Shown here in pieces: positions 30,571-40,278 of a DNA stretch of 43,167 nucleotides. The number at the start of each line of letters is the position of its first letter. Within the stretch, counting starts at the first letter, position 1. Made by a program: the position numbers and the translations under genes. The DNA is from a bacterium (GTDB taxonomy: Bacteria; DUMJ01), in contig JAOACC010000037.1 of assembly GCA_026418035.1 (NCBI GenBank), positions 1 to 43,167 on the forward strand, in the 5' to 3' direction. The notes below the pieces were generated by a model. The model was not told the origin of the DNA and did no database searches. It saw only the letters and a list, made by a program, of their open reading frames with translations.

Positions 30571-31998
30571 ATGCTGGATAGGACTATCTTTCGTATGTAT
30601 GATATACGAGGTGAGTTTGGTAGAGAAATTACTCCAGAGATAATGGAAACTATAGGAAAAGCCTACAGTATATATCTAAGAAACAAAATAACTAAGGAAC
30701 AGTATACCGTATCTATTGGAAGAGATGTAAGGCTACACTCTAAGACCCTTTTTGATGGGCTTGTCAAAGGATTAAATGCAGGTGGTATTAATGTTATAGA
30801 TATTGGTGTTTGTCCGACGCCTGCTTTGTATTTCTCTCTCTTTAAGCTAGATATAGATGGAGGACTAATGATTACTGCAAGCCATAACCCTCCAGAATTT
30901 AATGGATTAAAAATATGTGTTGGGAAAGAGACTATATTTGGTGATGAGATACAGAAGCTTTATGAGATAGCAAAAGATGTTGAAAGCGAGAAGATAGATT
31001 TTAACTTCGAGAAAGGATATATAGAATCTTTTGACATATTATCTCTTTATAGAGATTTTCTTGTAGAAGAATTTAGAAAGGGGCCGCTGGGAAGGATAAC
31101 TTCTGGGTTAATAAAGATAGGAATTGATAGTGGGAATGGATGTGCTGGTCTTATAGTTCCACAGATACTTAAAGAACTAAATATATCTTTAGTTGAACTT
31201 TACTCAGAACCAGATGGTAGATTCCCAAATCATCATCCCGATCCCACATTATTGGAGACGTTAGAAGATCTAATAAAAATAGTGAAAGAACATAGGCTTG
31301 ATTTAGGGATTTCTTATGATGGTGATGTAGACAGAATAGGGATTGTAGACGAGAATGGTAATGTTGTCTATGGAGACAAATTAACTTATATATTTGCCAA
31401 AGAAGTATTAAAGAATAATCCTGGGGCAAAGATAATAAGTGAGGTTAAAGCATCTAAGACCCTGTTTGATGGGATTGAAAAGCTTGGAGGGATTCCCATT
31501 CTTTCTCCAGTAGGTCATTCTCTAATTAAAAAGAAATTAAGAGAAGAATCTGCCCTTTTGGCTGGAGAAATGAGTGGTCATATGTTCTTTAATGATAGAT
31601 ATTTTGGATATGATGATGCTATATATGCAACTCTAAGGATTCTAGAGATAATAGCTCGAGAAAAGCTTAATAATCCTAACTTTGTTTTCTCAGACCTTTT
31701 AAAGGACCTGCCAGAAGTATATGTTTCTCCAGAAATAAGGGTAGACTGTCCAGAAGAGAGAAAGTTTCAGATAGTAGAAGAATTTTTGCCAAGATTTAAG
31801 AGTAAGTTCCCAGAGGTAGCTGAGGATATAGTTAAGGTTGTAACTATTGATGGGTTAAGAGTAGAATTTCAAGATGGTTGGAGCCTTATAAGGGCAAGCA
31901 ATACACAACCTGCTCTTGTATTAAGGTTCGAGGCTAATACTAAGGAGAAATTGGAATTTTATAGAAGAATCTTTGAGGAAACTATTCATTCTTTATGA
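30571..31998 (+). CDS. Phosphomannomutase/phosphoglucomutase (AlgC/ManB-like)
   Basis: FRMYDIRG, ITASHNP (phosphoserine), DGDVDR (metal), GEMSGH and RASNTQP. Start moved to 30571 after AGGAGG. Confidence 0.93.
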   Translation: MLDRTIFRMYDIRGEFGREITPEIMETIGKAYSIYLRNKITKEQYTVSIGRDVRLHSKTLFDGLVKGLNAGGINVIDIGVCPTPALYFSLFKLDIDGGLMITASHNPPEFNGLKICVGKETIFGDEIQKLYEIAKDVESEKIDFNFEKGYIESFDILSLYRDFLVEEFRKGPLGRITSGLIKIGIDSGNGCAGLIVPQILKELNISLVELYSEPDGRFPNHHPDPTLLETLEDLIKIVKEHRLDLGISYDGDVDRIGIVDENGNVVYGDKLTYIFAKEVLKNNPGAKIISEVKASKTLFDGIEKLGGIPILSPVGHSLIKKKLREESALLAGEMSGHMFFNDRYFGYDDAIYATLRILEIIAREKLNNPNFVFSDLLKDLPEVYVSPEIRVDCPEERKFQIVEEFLPRFKSKFPEVAEDIVKVVTIDGLRVEFQDGWSLIRASNTQPALVLRFEANTKEKLEFYRRIFEETIHSL

Positions 31999-33542
31999 TT
32001 AACATACATAAGCAGTCAATATTACAGGCAACAATCTTACTTACTGTTATAGCATTTGTAAGTAGAATTTTAGGCTTCTTTAGAGAGGTCGTCATAGCAA
32101 ATATATTTGGAGCTAAAGCAGTAACGGATGCATATTTGGTTGCCCAGGTACTTCCATTAACTTTAGCTGGACTGGTAAGTGGAGCCCTGACTACTGTTTT
32201 TATACCCGTATTTTTGGAGGAGAAGGAAAAGAATGGAGAAGGCAAGGCTTGGTATGCTGCAAATACTGTTCTTAGTGTGTCTTTAGTATATCTAATTATA
32301 GTATTATTCCTGTCTTACTTTTTTACAGAGCAGTTTTTAAGATTGATAGCTCCCGGCTTTCCAAGCGACAGACTAGAATTGGCTATTTTAATGACTAGAA
32401 TGCTACTTCCTTCTCTTTTATTTTATGGGCTTCTGGGAATCCTTACCGGTCTTTCTCAGTCATATAAACAGTTTTTAGTTCCTGGAATAGGCGGTCTTCT
32501 CCATAATATATGTATAATCCTCTCCATTTTAATTCTAGGTAGAAACCTTCCTCCACTTAGCCTTGCTTTGGGTAATGTTTTAGGCGTATTTTTGCAAGTT
32601 TTTTTGGTTCTTATTTATTTGAAAAGTAGACTACCGTATATAAAGTGGCACATAGATTTTTCTCATCCAGCAGTTAAGAAGACATTTTATCTTATGATTC
32701 CTATATTACTTGGGACTAGTGTTAGTTATATAAATACTATAATCGATAGGATTTTTGCCTCTGGACTGCCAGAAGGTTCTATCTCTGCACTAAATTTTGG
32801 TGCAAGGGTAAAAGACCTTCCTGTTTCACTCTTTGCCAGTTCTCTCTCTGTAGCTATATATCCTACTACTTCTGAACTGGTAGTGGAGGGCGAAAATGAT
32901 AAGATTATAGAGTTACTTAATAAAGCTATTAGATTTACCTGGATGATAGTTATTCCAGCAAGTATCGGTCTTATAGTTTTAGACAAGGAGATAATTACGC
33001 TTCTTTTTGAGAGGGGAGCTTTTGATAGTAAGGCTACGATTCTTACCGCTAGTGCACTTAGATATTATTCTATAGGTCTATTTGCCTTTTCTGCTAGTCC
33101 TATAGTTGCTAGAACTTTTTATTCTTTTCAGGATACAGTCACCCCTGTAATAGTTGGTTTTTTAGCTGTGGGGCTAAATATATGTCTTAATGCCATTTTG
33201 ATAAGGATAATGGCTCACTCTGGATTAGCTTTAGCAACTTCTATCTCCAGTATATTTTCCTTTATTCTATTATTAATTTTATTAAGAAAGAAACTTAGAT
33301 GTATAGGCGGAAGAAAATTAATTTTTGACTTTATTAAGATTTTGTTTTCTTCTCTTGTAATGGGAGTCGCTTTACATCTCTCTAAAACCTGCTTAAATTT
33401 TATTGGAAGTGAATTTTTAAAGACAGTTGTTCTTATATTGCTAGGGATATTTATTTATAGTATTATTATGTTGTTAGTTATAGGCGAAGATAGAAAGAAG
33501 TTGAGATCTATTTTAAGTAAATTTATAAAGAGCTATTCTTAG
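31995..33542 (+). CDS. murJ: Lipid II flippase MurJ (MviN)
   Basis: SRILGFFRE, FGA...DAY, VFIPVF, IDRIFAS and LFERGAF; many TM segments. ATGA overlap. Confidence 0.92.
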   Translation: MINIHKQSILQATILLTVIAFVSRILGFFREVVIANIFGAKAVTDAYLVAQVLPLTLAGLVSGALTTVFIPVFLEEKEKNGEGKAWYAANTVLSVSLVYLIIVLFLSYFFTEQFLRLIAPGFPSDRLELAILMTRMLLPSLLFYGLLGILTGLSQSYKQFLVPGIGGLLHNICIILSILILGRNLPPLSLALGNVLGVFLQVFLVLIYLKSRLPYIKWHIDFSHPAVKKTFYLMIPILLGTSVSYINTIIDRIFASGLPEGSISALNFGARVKDLPVSLFASSLSVAIYPTTSELVVEGENDKIIELLNKAIRFTWMIVIPASIGLIVLDKEIITLLFERGAFDSKATILTASALRYYSIGLFAFSASPIVARTFYSFQDTVTPVIVGFLAVGLNICLNAILIRIMAHSGLALATSISSIFSFILLLILLRKKLRCIGGRKLIFDFIKILFSSLVMGVALHLSKTCLNFIGSEFLKTVVLILLGIFIYSIIMLLVIGEDRKKLRSILSKFIKSYS

Positions 33543-33566
33543 GTAAGATCAAAAGAGAGGTGAATT

Positions 33567-35285
33567 ATGTTTTACGATAATATAGATGCTTTGGGGACAT
33601 ATATAGAGGTGTGTCTTGATAGGTATAAAGATAATACCTTCCTTTGCGAACTTGATGAAGGTGAAGTAGTTGCTTCTGTTACTTATGGAGAGGCTAAAGA
33701 TAGAATTCAGGGTATAAAGAGTATATTGAAAGAAAATGGCATAAAACCTGGAGATAAAGTTGCACTTCTTGGAGAAAATTCTATAAATTGGGGTCTTGTC
33801 TATATGGCAATTGTAACATATGGAGCTATAATCGTTCCTATCTTACATGAATTTGATAGTGTTAGTATCTCTAATATCATAAATATGTCTGAATCGCGAA
33901 TCCTTTTTGTCTCTTCTTCACTACTTGAAAAGATAGAAGAAGGCAACTTACCCTACCTAGAGAAGATCTATCTGTTAGATGATTTTAGAGAGGTAGAGAT
34001 AAAAGATGTTAAAGAGGTAAAATCACAGTTAAAGAGTAGATTTCTAGAATTTAAGAATAGAATAGATCAGCTATTTTTTGAGCGTAGAAACAAGATAAAA
34101 CTTGAGTCTAAGGAATACATCCCAAAGGCAGATGATATTGCAGCGATAGTCTATACATCTGGGACTACTGGAAGGTCCAAGGGAGTTATGCTTACACACA
34201 AAAATATCTACTGGAACATCTTGGCAGCGTTAGAATATATAGAGATTAACAGTAATGATAGATTCCTCTCTATTCTTCCGTCATCTCATACTTATGAATG
34301 TACCTTTACCTTGCTCCTCTCTATGGTTGGAGGTGCAAGTGTATACTATCTTAAGCAGAAACCTAGCCCTAAGGTTTTACTAAAAGCTTTCGAGAAGGTA
34401 AAGCCGACTATGGTTATGATGGTTCCATTAGTAATAGAGAAGATATATAAAAAGAGTGTATTACCTAAATTGCAGGATAATATTCTCTTAAAGGGAGCGA
34501 CTAAGATTAAACCTCTTAGAAAACTTCTCCATAAAAAGGCTTGCAAGTCTCTTCTGGAAGCATTTGGTGGTAATATAAAGCTTATATGTATTGGAGGAGC
34601 TCCTCTTAGCCCTGACGTAGATCTATTCCTTTTAGAAGGAGAGTTTCCTAGCGCTGTAGGATATGGTATGACAGAATGTGCCCCTCTAATCACCTTTGCT
34701 ATGCCTGATAAAAAGAGATTTCAAAGTTGTGGATACCCTATAAAGGGAGCACAGATAAAAATAGATAATCCAGACCCAGTAACTGGTGTTGGGGAAGTTT
34801 TAGTAAAAGGTCCTATGGTCACTAGGGGGTATTATAAGAATGAAGAAGAAACGAGAAGGTTATTTACTCCAGATGGTTGGATGAGAACTGGTGACTTAGG
34901 GTATATAGATAAGGATAATTATCTGTATCTTAAAGGGAGATTGAAAAATGTTATTCTAGGTCCTAGTGGAGAAAATATATATCCAGAAGAAATAGAACAG
35001 GTTCTATGTGAAAATAGAGGAGTCTTAGAGGCTTTAGTATTAGAAAGGGAAGGGAAATTAGTAGCCTATATATATCCTGATTACGATTTTTTAAATACTG
35101 AATTGAAACTTCTTGAGATCGAATCTAATCAGGCAAGAGAAAGACTTGAGAAGTATTTTGATGACCTTATAAAAGAAACGAATAAGAGACTTCCTACCTT
35201 TTCTCAGATTAAAGATTTTAACATAGTAGAAAAGGAATTTGAAAAGACCCCTACACAGAAGATAAAGCGATACATATATATGTAA
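33567..35285 (+). CDS. Long-chain fatty acid-CoA ligase (AMP-binding)
   Basis: YTSGTTGRSKGVMLTH, GYGMTECAP, RTGDLG, GENIYPEEIE and KTPTQKIKR. Confidence 0.9.
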   Translation: MFYDNIDALGTYIEVCLDRYKDNTFLCELDEGEVVASVTYGEAKDRIQGIKSILKENGIKPGDKVALLGENSINWGLVYMAIVTYGAIIVPILHEFDSVSISNIINMSESRILFVSSSLLEKIEEGNLPYLEKIYLLDDFREVEIKDVKEVKSQLKSRFLEFKNRIDQLFFERRNKIKLESKEYIPKADDIAAIVYTSGTTGRSKGVMLTHKNIYWNILAALEYIEINSNDRFLSILPSSHTYECTFTLLLSMVGGASVYYLKQKPSPKVLLKAFEKVKPTMVMMVPLVIEKIYKKSVLPKLQDNILLKGATKIKPLRKLLHKKACKSLLEAFGGNIKLICIGGAPLSPDVDLFLLEGEFPSAVGYGMTECAPLITFAMPDKKRFQSCGYPIKGAQIKIDNPDPVTGVGEVLVKGPMVTRGYYKNEEETRRLFTPDGWMRTGDLGYIDKDNYLYLKGRLKNVILGPSGENIYPEEIEQVLCENRGVLEALVLEREGKLVAYIYPDYDFLNTELKLLEIESNQARERLEKYFDDLIKETNKRLPTFSQIKDFNIVEKEFEKTPTQKIKRYIYM

Positions 35286-35288
35286 TTT

Positions 35289-36047
35289 TTACTCTAGTTC
35301 TTGGGAGTTAAATAAATATACCCCTATAGATACTAGCAAGATAGACAATATGATACTAGATATCGTAGTTTTTAGAGCAGAGCTCCACTTTATACCAGTT
35401 GTTATCCATTGGTTTTCCAAGGATGATAAATATATTGGATTATAGTTTTTTATAGATGGAAACATATTTAATATGCCGAGAATTATAAATATAACGATAA
35501 ATATTCCACCAGCCTGAATGATATTATTTCCTAATGAACTTGAAAATATAGTTAGAGAAACAATAAATGTCATATAGATAAAGAATAATATACAACTCTG
35601 TAAAGGTATTTCGAAGTTAGTATCAGGGAAGAGTATTACTGAGTAATAGTAACATAGGAAGAAAGCTATTAAGGTCAATATAAAGACTAAAGATATCTGG
35701 AAGAAGAACTTTGCTAGAATCCACTTTTTTCTATCTACCCCTTTACTTACAATAAGTCCTGCAGTCTTACGATTTTTCTCCTCTGCAACACTTCCAATAA
35801 AGAGTAAGACTACGATTAAAAATACCATCTGATTTAGATTCTTGAAGAATTGTAAAAATGCATCCTTCCAAGTAGGAGGAGGAACTATTATAGTAATTTC
35901 CGAACTTATAGACTTTATCAATTCTGGCATAACCTTAGCGGTTATAGGACTCATAATAGAAAAGAGAAGGAAGGTAATAATTATAGCTATGAGTTTTCCT
36001 GTTTTTTTGAACTCATAAAACTCTTTTTTTATTAATTTAAGCACCAC
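35289..36047 (-). CDS. ABC-2 type exporter permease (YxlG-like)
   Basis: About 6 TM segments, LIKKEFYEF N-terminus, GSVAEE and ILAKF. GTG start overlapping the ATPase gene. Confidence 0.82.
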   Translation of the reverse strand: MVLKLIKKEFYEFKKTGKLIAIIITFLLFSIMSPITAKVMPELIKSISSEITIIVPPPTWKDAFLQFFKNLNQMVFLIVVLLFIGSVAEEKNRKTAGLIVSKGVDRKKWILAKFFFQISLVFILTLIAFFLCYYYSVILFPDTNFEIPLQSCILFFIYMTFIVSLTIFSSSLGNNIIQAGGIFIVIFIILGILNMFPSIKNYNPIYLSSLENQWITTGIKWSSALKTTISSIILSILLVSIGVYLFNSQELE

Positions 36048-36942
36048 TTGTTACCTCCAAGAATATATCTTCAAGCGAAGGTTCTAGTATCTCAAGTTTT
36101 TCTAATAAAAGACCATCTTGAACAACAATTTTAGGAATCTCTTTTAGTGTATACTGGATATCTAAGACTTCTATAACAACACTACTATTTTTAACCTCTA
36201 CAGAGTTTGGCTTTAGACTTTCCTTTATCCTCTCCAAAAATTTCTCTAAGTCATCTACCTCTATCAAGATTCTTCTTTTCCAGTATCTTTTTTTAATATT
36301 CTCTATACTATCTTCTAAAAGTAATCTTCCTTCCTTTAAAATACCTATTCTATCACATATCCTTTCCACATCGGAGAGTATGTGGGTAGAAAAGAATACA
36401 GTCTTAGTGCTCTTTAATGAGTAAATTAGATCTAAAACCTCTTTCCTACCCTGTGGATCTAGGCTAGAGGTTGGTTCATCTAGTATGAGAAGTTCTGGAT
36501 CTGATAGAAGTGCTTGTGCCAAACCGAGTCTTTGCTTCATTCCCCTGGAATAAGTTCCTATTCTACTCTTTTCATTCCTTAGTCCTACCAATTCTAGAGT
36601 TTCTTCTATCCTCTTCTTTGGATTTTCTATATCTGTTATATCCGCTATAAATGAGAGAAATTCTCTTGCAGTAAAGAAGTTATAGAAGTTTGGAACATCA
36701 GGAAGAAATCCTACCTTCCTTAGATAATTCCTACTTTTTCTTATATCTTCACCTAATATATAGGCAGTTCCCCCTGTTGGTTTTGCTAAGTTTAAAAGGA
36801 CTCTTATTGTAGTTGTCTTTCCAGCTCCATTTGGACCAAGATACCCAAATATAATACCCTTAGGGATTTCTAGATTTAAATTGTCTAAAGCCTTTTTGCC
36901 CTTGAAATATTTACAGAGTCTCTCTGTAGTTATAATACTCAT
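36037..36942 (-). CDS. ABC-2 type exporter ATP-binding protein (YxlF-like)
   Basis: GPNGAGKTT, YSRGMKQR, ILDEPTS, STHILSDVE and PSLEDIF. Start moved to 36942 (ATGA overlap with the upstream gene). Confidence 0.9.
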   Translation of the reverse strand: MSIITTERLCKYFKGKKALDNLNLEIPKGIIFGYLGPNGAGKTTTIRVLLNLAKPTGGTAYILGEDIRKSRNYLRKVGFLPDVPNFYNFFTAREFLSFIADITDIENPKKRIEETLELVGLRNEKSRIGTYSRGMKQRLGLAQALLSDPELLILDEPTSSLDPQGRKEVLDLIYSLKSTKTVFFSTHILSDVERICDRIGILKEGRLLLEDSIENIKKRYWKRRILIEVDDLEKFLERIKESLKPNSVEVKNSSVVIEVLDIQYTLKEIPKIVVQDGLLLEKLEILEPSLEDIFLEVTSGA

Positions 36943-37139
36943 TGCCTTCTTCCAAATATAAGATAGATAATTACTCCTAATATTTGAAATGCAATTATAA
37001 CTATACCCCAAAGAATCTTAGGTCCTCTAACTTCTTCTATTGAACGCTTAATTAGATCAATTAAAGCATATATTTGAAGTCCTATTTGTAAAATAAGTAT
37101 TGGAAGAAATAATTTCCAATTAGATAATACTGTCTCCAT
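36939..37139 (-). CDS. Small two-TM PLDc N-terminal-domain protein (YxlE-like)
   Basis: LPILILQ..L..YALIDL...GPKILW...GVIIYLIFGR pattern. AGGAGG RBS. Confidence 0.82.
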   Translation of the reverse strand: METVLSNWKLFLPILILQIGLQIYALIDLIKRSIEEVRGPKILWGIVIIAFQILGVIIYLIFGRRQ

Positions 37140-37180
37140 AGATTTTATCTACCTCCTATAGGCTCAGTTTTAGTAATCCT

Positions 37181-38863
37181 TTATTTTATCATAGACTTTA
37201 ATCTATTGATCTCACTACTTAATTCTATAAATCTTCTATTTAGATCTTCTTTATTTTCGTCCTTTTCCTTACTTAATTCGCTTATTATTTTTGAAAGCTG
37301 TACCTCTAATAAGAGTATCTTATCTTTAATCTCTCCATCTCTTAATCTAGATCTTTTAAAGAGATAATATTCGTAATCTCCAGGATAAACCGTTATTCTA
37401 CAATTCTCTATCTCCCAGATTGTATCTGCAATTTTAGACACAAAGTATCTATCATGTGAAACAAATATTATACTACCTTTATACCATTTTAATGCCTCTT
37501 CTATGACTTCTCTAGAGCTTATATCAAGGAAATTGGTGGGCTCATCCATAAGTAAGATGTTAAATCCGCCAAGAATTAATTTTGCAAGTGTAACTCTTAC
37601 TCTTTCTCCCATGCTTAATGAGCTTATAGGCTTTAAAACCTCATCCTCAAGGAATAAAAGACAACCCAAGAGTGTTCTTATAGTTGTTATATCAGAATTA
37701 GATGCTCTTTTTACCTCTTCTATAATTGTATTCTCTAGATTAAGAAGGTTAATTTCTTGTTCTAAATAACCAATCTTAGCCGATTTTGATATCCAAACTT
37801 CACCCTTAGTTGGAGATTCTTCCCCTAAAATTATACGCAGTAATGTAGTCTTTCCCGCCCCATTATTACCCAATAATGCTATCTTTTGTCCATTTTTTAC
37901 AGATAAATCGGCATTTTCAAAAAGTAGCTTATTGCCAAATGATTTAGATAAAGCAGTACATCGGATTATGGTATCTAACCCTTCATCTTTAGAGTCAAAT
38001 TCAAGTTTGATATGTTGCTCCTCAAAAGGCTTTTCTTTAGCCTCCAATCTTTCTATACGTTTTTCTATAGATTTGCCAATCTTAGCCACTTTAGAGGCTT
38101 TTCTTCCATAGAAATCTTTAGAGTACCGCCAAAAAGAGTCTTTTTTATCTTTTATCCTCCCTACAGATTGAGCTCTTTCCTTTATCTTTCTGCTAGCCTC
38201 CTCTAGTCTTTTCTTTTCTTCAGTGTATCTTTCGTATTCTTGCCAAGCTCTTTCTAGCTCTTCTTTTTTCTTTTGGGCATAGTTAGAGTAATTACCAGTA
38301 TATAAACTTATCTTGCCTCTATAGATTTCGATAATCTTATTGGTAACCTTATCTAGGAGAAACCTATCGTGAGATACTATTAATAGCGTTCCACTAAATT
38401 TATTCAGCTCTTCCTCAAGAAATTCTATTCCTTTTATATCTATGTGATTAGTTGGTTCATCCAAGATAAGAATTATTGGCTTATCTTCTAAAAGCTCTGC
38501 CAATTTTAGTTTTGTTTTCTCTCCTCCACTTAAGACTTTACAAGGAGAATCAAGTATATCTTTTCTTAGTCCCATCCGCTTTAAAATAGCGCTTGAAGAG
38601 TGGATTTTGAAACACTCTCTAACTAATTTATTTTCAGGTAGTGTTAAATCTTGAGGTAAGTATCCAATTTTCCCAGATACTTCTACATACCCCCTGTCAG
38701 GTTCCAAGATGTTAAGTATAAGCTTTAGAAGGGTAGTCTTACCTGTTCCGTTAGGGCCAACAATTCCTATTCTATCTCCAGCATGGATATCAAGAGAAAA
38801 CTTCTCAAAGAGAGTCCTTTCTCCGTAAGACTTGGAAAGGTCTCTTATTCTTATTGTTAACAA
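37181..38863 (-). CDS. ABC-F ATPase, ribosomal-protection-like (Vga/Msr-type)
   Basis: Two NBDs (GPNGTGKT/LSGGE/LDEPTNH; GNNGAGKT/LSMGE/MDEPTNF), no TMD, long interdomain linker and helical C-terminal extension. TTG start after GAGGTG. Confidence 0.85.
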   Translation of the reverse strand: MLTIRIRDLSKSYGERTLFEKFSLDIHAGDRIGIVGPNGTGKTTLLKLILNILEPDRGYVEVSGKIGYLPQDLTLPENKLVRECFKIHSSSAILKRMGLRKDILDSPCKVLSGGEKTKLKLAELLEDKPIILILDEPTNHIDIKGIEFLEEELNKFSGTLLIVSHDRFLLDKVTNKIIEIYRGKISLYTGNYSNYAQKKKEELERAWQEYERYTEEKKRLEEASRKIKERAQSVGRIKDKKDSFWRYSKDFYGRKASKVAKIGKSIEKRIERLEAKEKPFEEQHIKLEFDSKDEGLDTIIRCTALSKSFGNKLLFENADLSVKNGQKIALLGNNGAGKTTLLRIILGEESPTKGEVWISKSAKIGYLEQEINLLNLENTIIEEVKRASNSDITTIRTLLGCLLFLEDEVLKPISSLSMGERVRVTLAKLILGGFNILLMDEPTNFLDISSREVIEEALKWYKGSIIFVSHDRYFVSKIADTIWEIENCRITVYPGDYEYYLFKRSRLRDGEIKDKILLLEVQLSKIISELSKEKDENKEDLNRRFIELSSEINRLKSMIK

Positions 38864-38915
38864 AAAATCACCTCTTATATTTAATGTAGTCTTTTTACTA
38901 ACTCTAAGCCCTTAT

Positions 38916-38924
38916 ATTATAACA
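38916..38924 (-). promoter_or_regulatory. Putative extended -10 promoter for the ABC-F operon
   Basis: Minus strand TGTTATAAT about 55 nt upstream of the start codon. No clear -35. Confidence 0.45.
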
Positions 38925-39081
38925 TTTAGATTCTAAGATGAATACAGTTGTAAAAGGTACACATAGTGCAGATTGGCTTTATGACAAGATAAATGATGAA
39001 TCCTTAGGGTAGAATTCAATTCTTCGCTAAAAATGAATTAATAAATTCTGATAATAGAAAACCCCTTAGATTAGGGTGGGT

Positions 39082-39110
39082 TTGACTTAAGCATATTCTT
39101 ATAGTATAGT
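39082..39110 (+). promoter_or_regulatory. Sigma70 promoter
   Basis: TTGACT (39082-87), 17-bp spacer, TATAGT (39105-10). Confidence 0.7.
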
Positions 39111-39113
39111 ATG

Positions 39114-39257
39114 TTTAGAGACAGGATAATGAAAGGAGTTGGGAGTGGGGAAAACGATATAAAATATGGAATATCTCTTGTTTTTCCGAGAGGATTTGGA
39201 TTTTAAGAGAAAGAGTTCTTAAGTATTCTAAAATTTATTCTTTATCTTGTCTCTAAA
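39114..39257 (+). ncRNA. Candidate structured leader or ncRNA bounded by a 16-bp inverted repeat
   Basis: TTTAGAGACAGGATAA (39114-29) pairs with TTATCTTGTCTCTAAA (39242-57) with one G-U pair. Two internal hairpins. Confidence 0.4.
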
Positions 39258-39293
39258 GTTTAAAATTTTATCTTTATAGAAAGGAGAAAGAAC

Positions 39294-40205
39294 GTGAAAA
39301 GACTTATGAAATTTTTGGCATTTTTTATTGTTCCAAGTCTCTTTCTTATGGGGCTTTATGGCTGTGACAGTTGTAATCCAGAGCCTGTATTGAATTTAGG
39401 AAAGATTATATTTGCTAGTGCACGTGATACAGATGGCGACCTTGAAATCTACATAATGAATCCAGATGGATCTAATTTGACTAAAATTACTGATAACCAA
39501 GCTAATGATTATTATCCCTCATTTTCAAAGGATGGTTCAAAAATTGTCTTTGTTTCTGATCGAGATGGAAATCCAGAGATTTATACGATGAATAGAGACG
39601 GCACAAACCAAGTCAGAATTACAAATAATTCGGCTTGGGATTATTATCCCAATTTTTCTCCAGACGGAAAGAAGATAGTATTTTATTCTAATAGAGATGG
39701 GAATGGGGAAATCTATCTTTATGATTCCACAGTTATTTCCCATCCTCAATTTACTAATCTTACCAATCATTCTAGCTATGATAGATTTCCATCCTTTTCC
39801 CCAGATGGACAAAAGATTATTTTTGTATCTGACCGTGATGGGGATGATGAAATTTATACAATGAATATAAACGGTTCTAACCTGACTAAGCTTACTGACA
39901 ACAATTCTAATGATTGGTTTCCTCGTTTCTCTCTAGATGGGACAAGGATAGTTTTTACATCTATGCGTGATGGAAGTGAAGAGATTTATACGATGAATGC
40001 GAATGGCTCTAATCAAAATAGGCTTACTGAAGATTCTTATCAAGATTGGTATCCATGTTTTTCTCTAATAGGTACAAGGATTGTTTTTCAATCTAAACGT
40101 GATGGGGTTACTTGGGAGATATACACCATGGACCTTAACGGGACTAATTTGACTAGACTTACAAACCATACATCTGGTAATGCCTATCCTTTCTGGGGAC
40201 CATAA
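39294..40205 (+). CDS. TolB-like (PD40/WD40-like) beta-propeller lipoprotein
   Basis: Lipobox LYG-C. About six ~44-aa repeats (EIYxMNxDGxNxxxLTxN...D.yPsFSxDGxKIVFxSxRDG). GTG start after AAGGAG. Confidence 0.85.
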   Translation: MKRLMKFLAFFIVPSLFLMGLYGCDSCNPEPVLNLGKIIFASARDTDGDLEIYIMNPDGSNLTKITDNQANDYYPSFSKDGSKIVFVSDRDGNPEIYTMNRDGTNQVRITNNSAWDYYPNFSPDGKKIVFYSNRDGNGEIYLYDSTVISHPQFTNLTNHSSYDRFPSFSPDGQKIIFVSDRDGDDEIYTMNINGSNLTKLTDNNSNDWFPRFSLDGTRIVFTSMRDGSEEIYTMNANGSNQNRLTEDSYQDWYPCFSLIGTRIVFQSKRDGVTWEIYTMDLNGTNLTRLTNHTSGNAYPFWGP

Positions 40206-40215
40206 GATTAAGCTT

Positions 40216-40245
40216 GGGGCAGGCTAAAGCCTGCCCCTTTGTTTT
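40216..40245 (+). terminator. Intrinsic terminator between convergent genes
   Basis: GGGGCAGGCT-AA-AGCCTGCCCC followed by TTTGTTTT. Confidence 0.85.
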
Positions 40246-40278
40246 AGTTAGCTAGATTCCTACACGTCGCAATTATTG

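Noticed and set aside
38995-39011. GATGAATCCTTAGGGTA resembling the 5' part of a c-di-AMP (ydaO) riboswitch
   Set aside because: The remaining conserved elements (GGAGGAACC, GGGGxxAAUC, CCCG..AGCUAAC) are absent, and it lies upstream of the predicted promoter.
38864-39080. uORF/attenuator leader for the ABC-F gene
   Set aside because: No convincing terminator/antiterminator pair was seen on the minus strand, and an extended -10 sits close to the start. It cannot be fully excluded without TSS data.
39114-39257. Identification of the end-paired element as 6S RNA, SRP RNA or a MITE
   Set aside because: It is multibranch and very AU-rich rather than a 6S-like rod, lacks the SRP domain-IV motif, and has no target-site duplication or second copy in the window. 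Kept as an unknown element.
39420-40190. ~132-bp periodic DNA repeats as a CRISPR array or tandem-repeat element
   Set aside because: They are degenerate in-frame coding repeats of propeller blades, with no identical repeats, spacers or cas genes.
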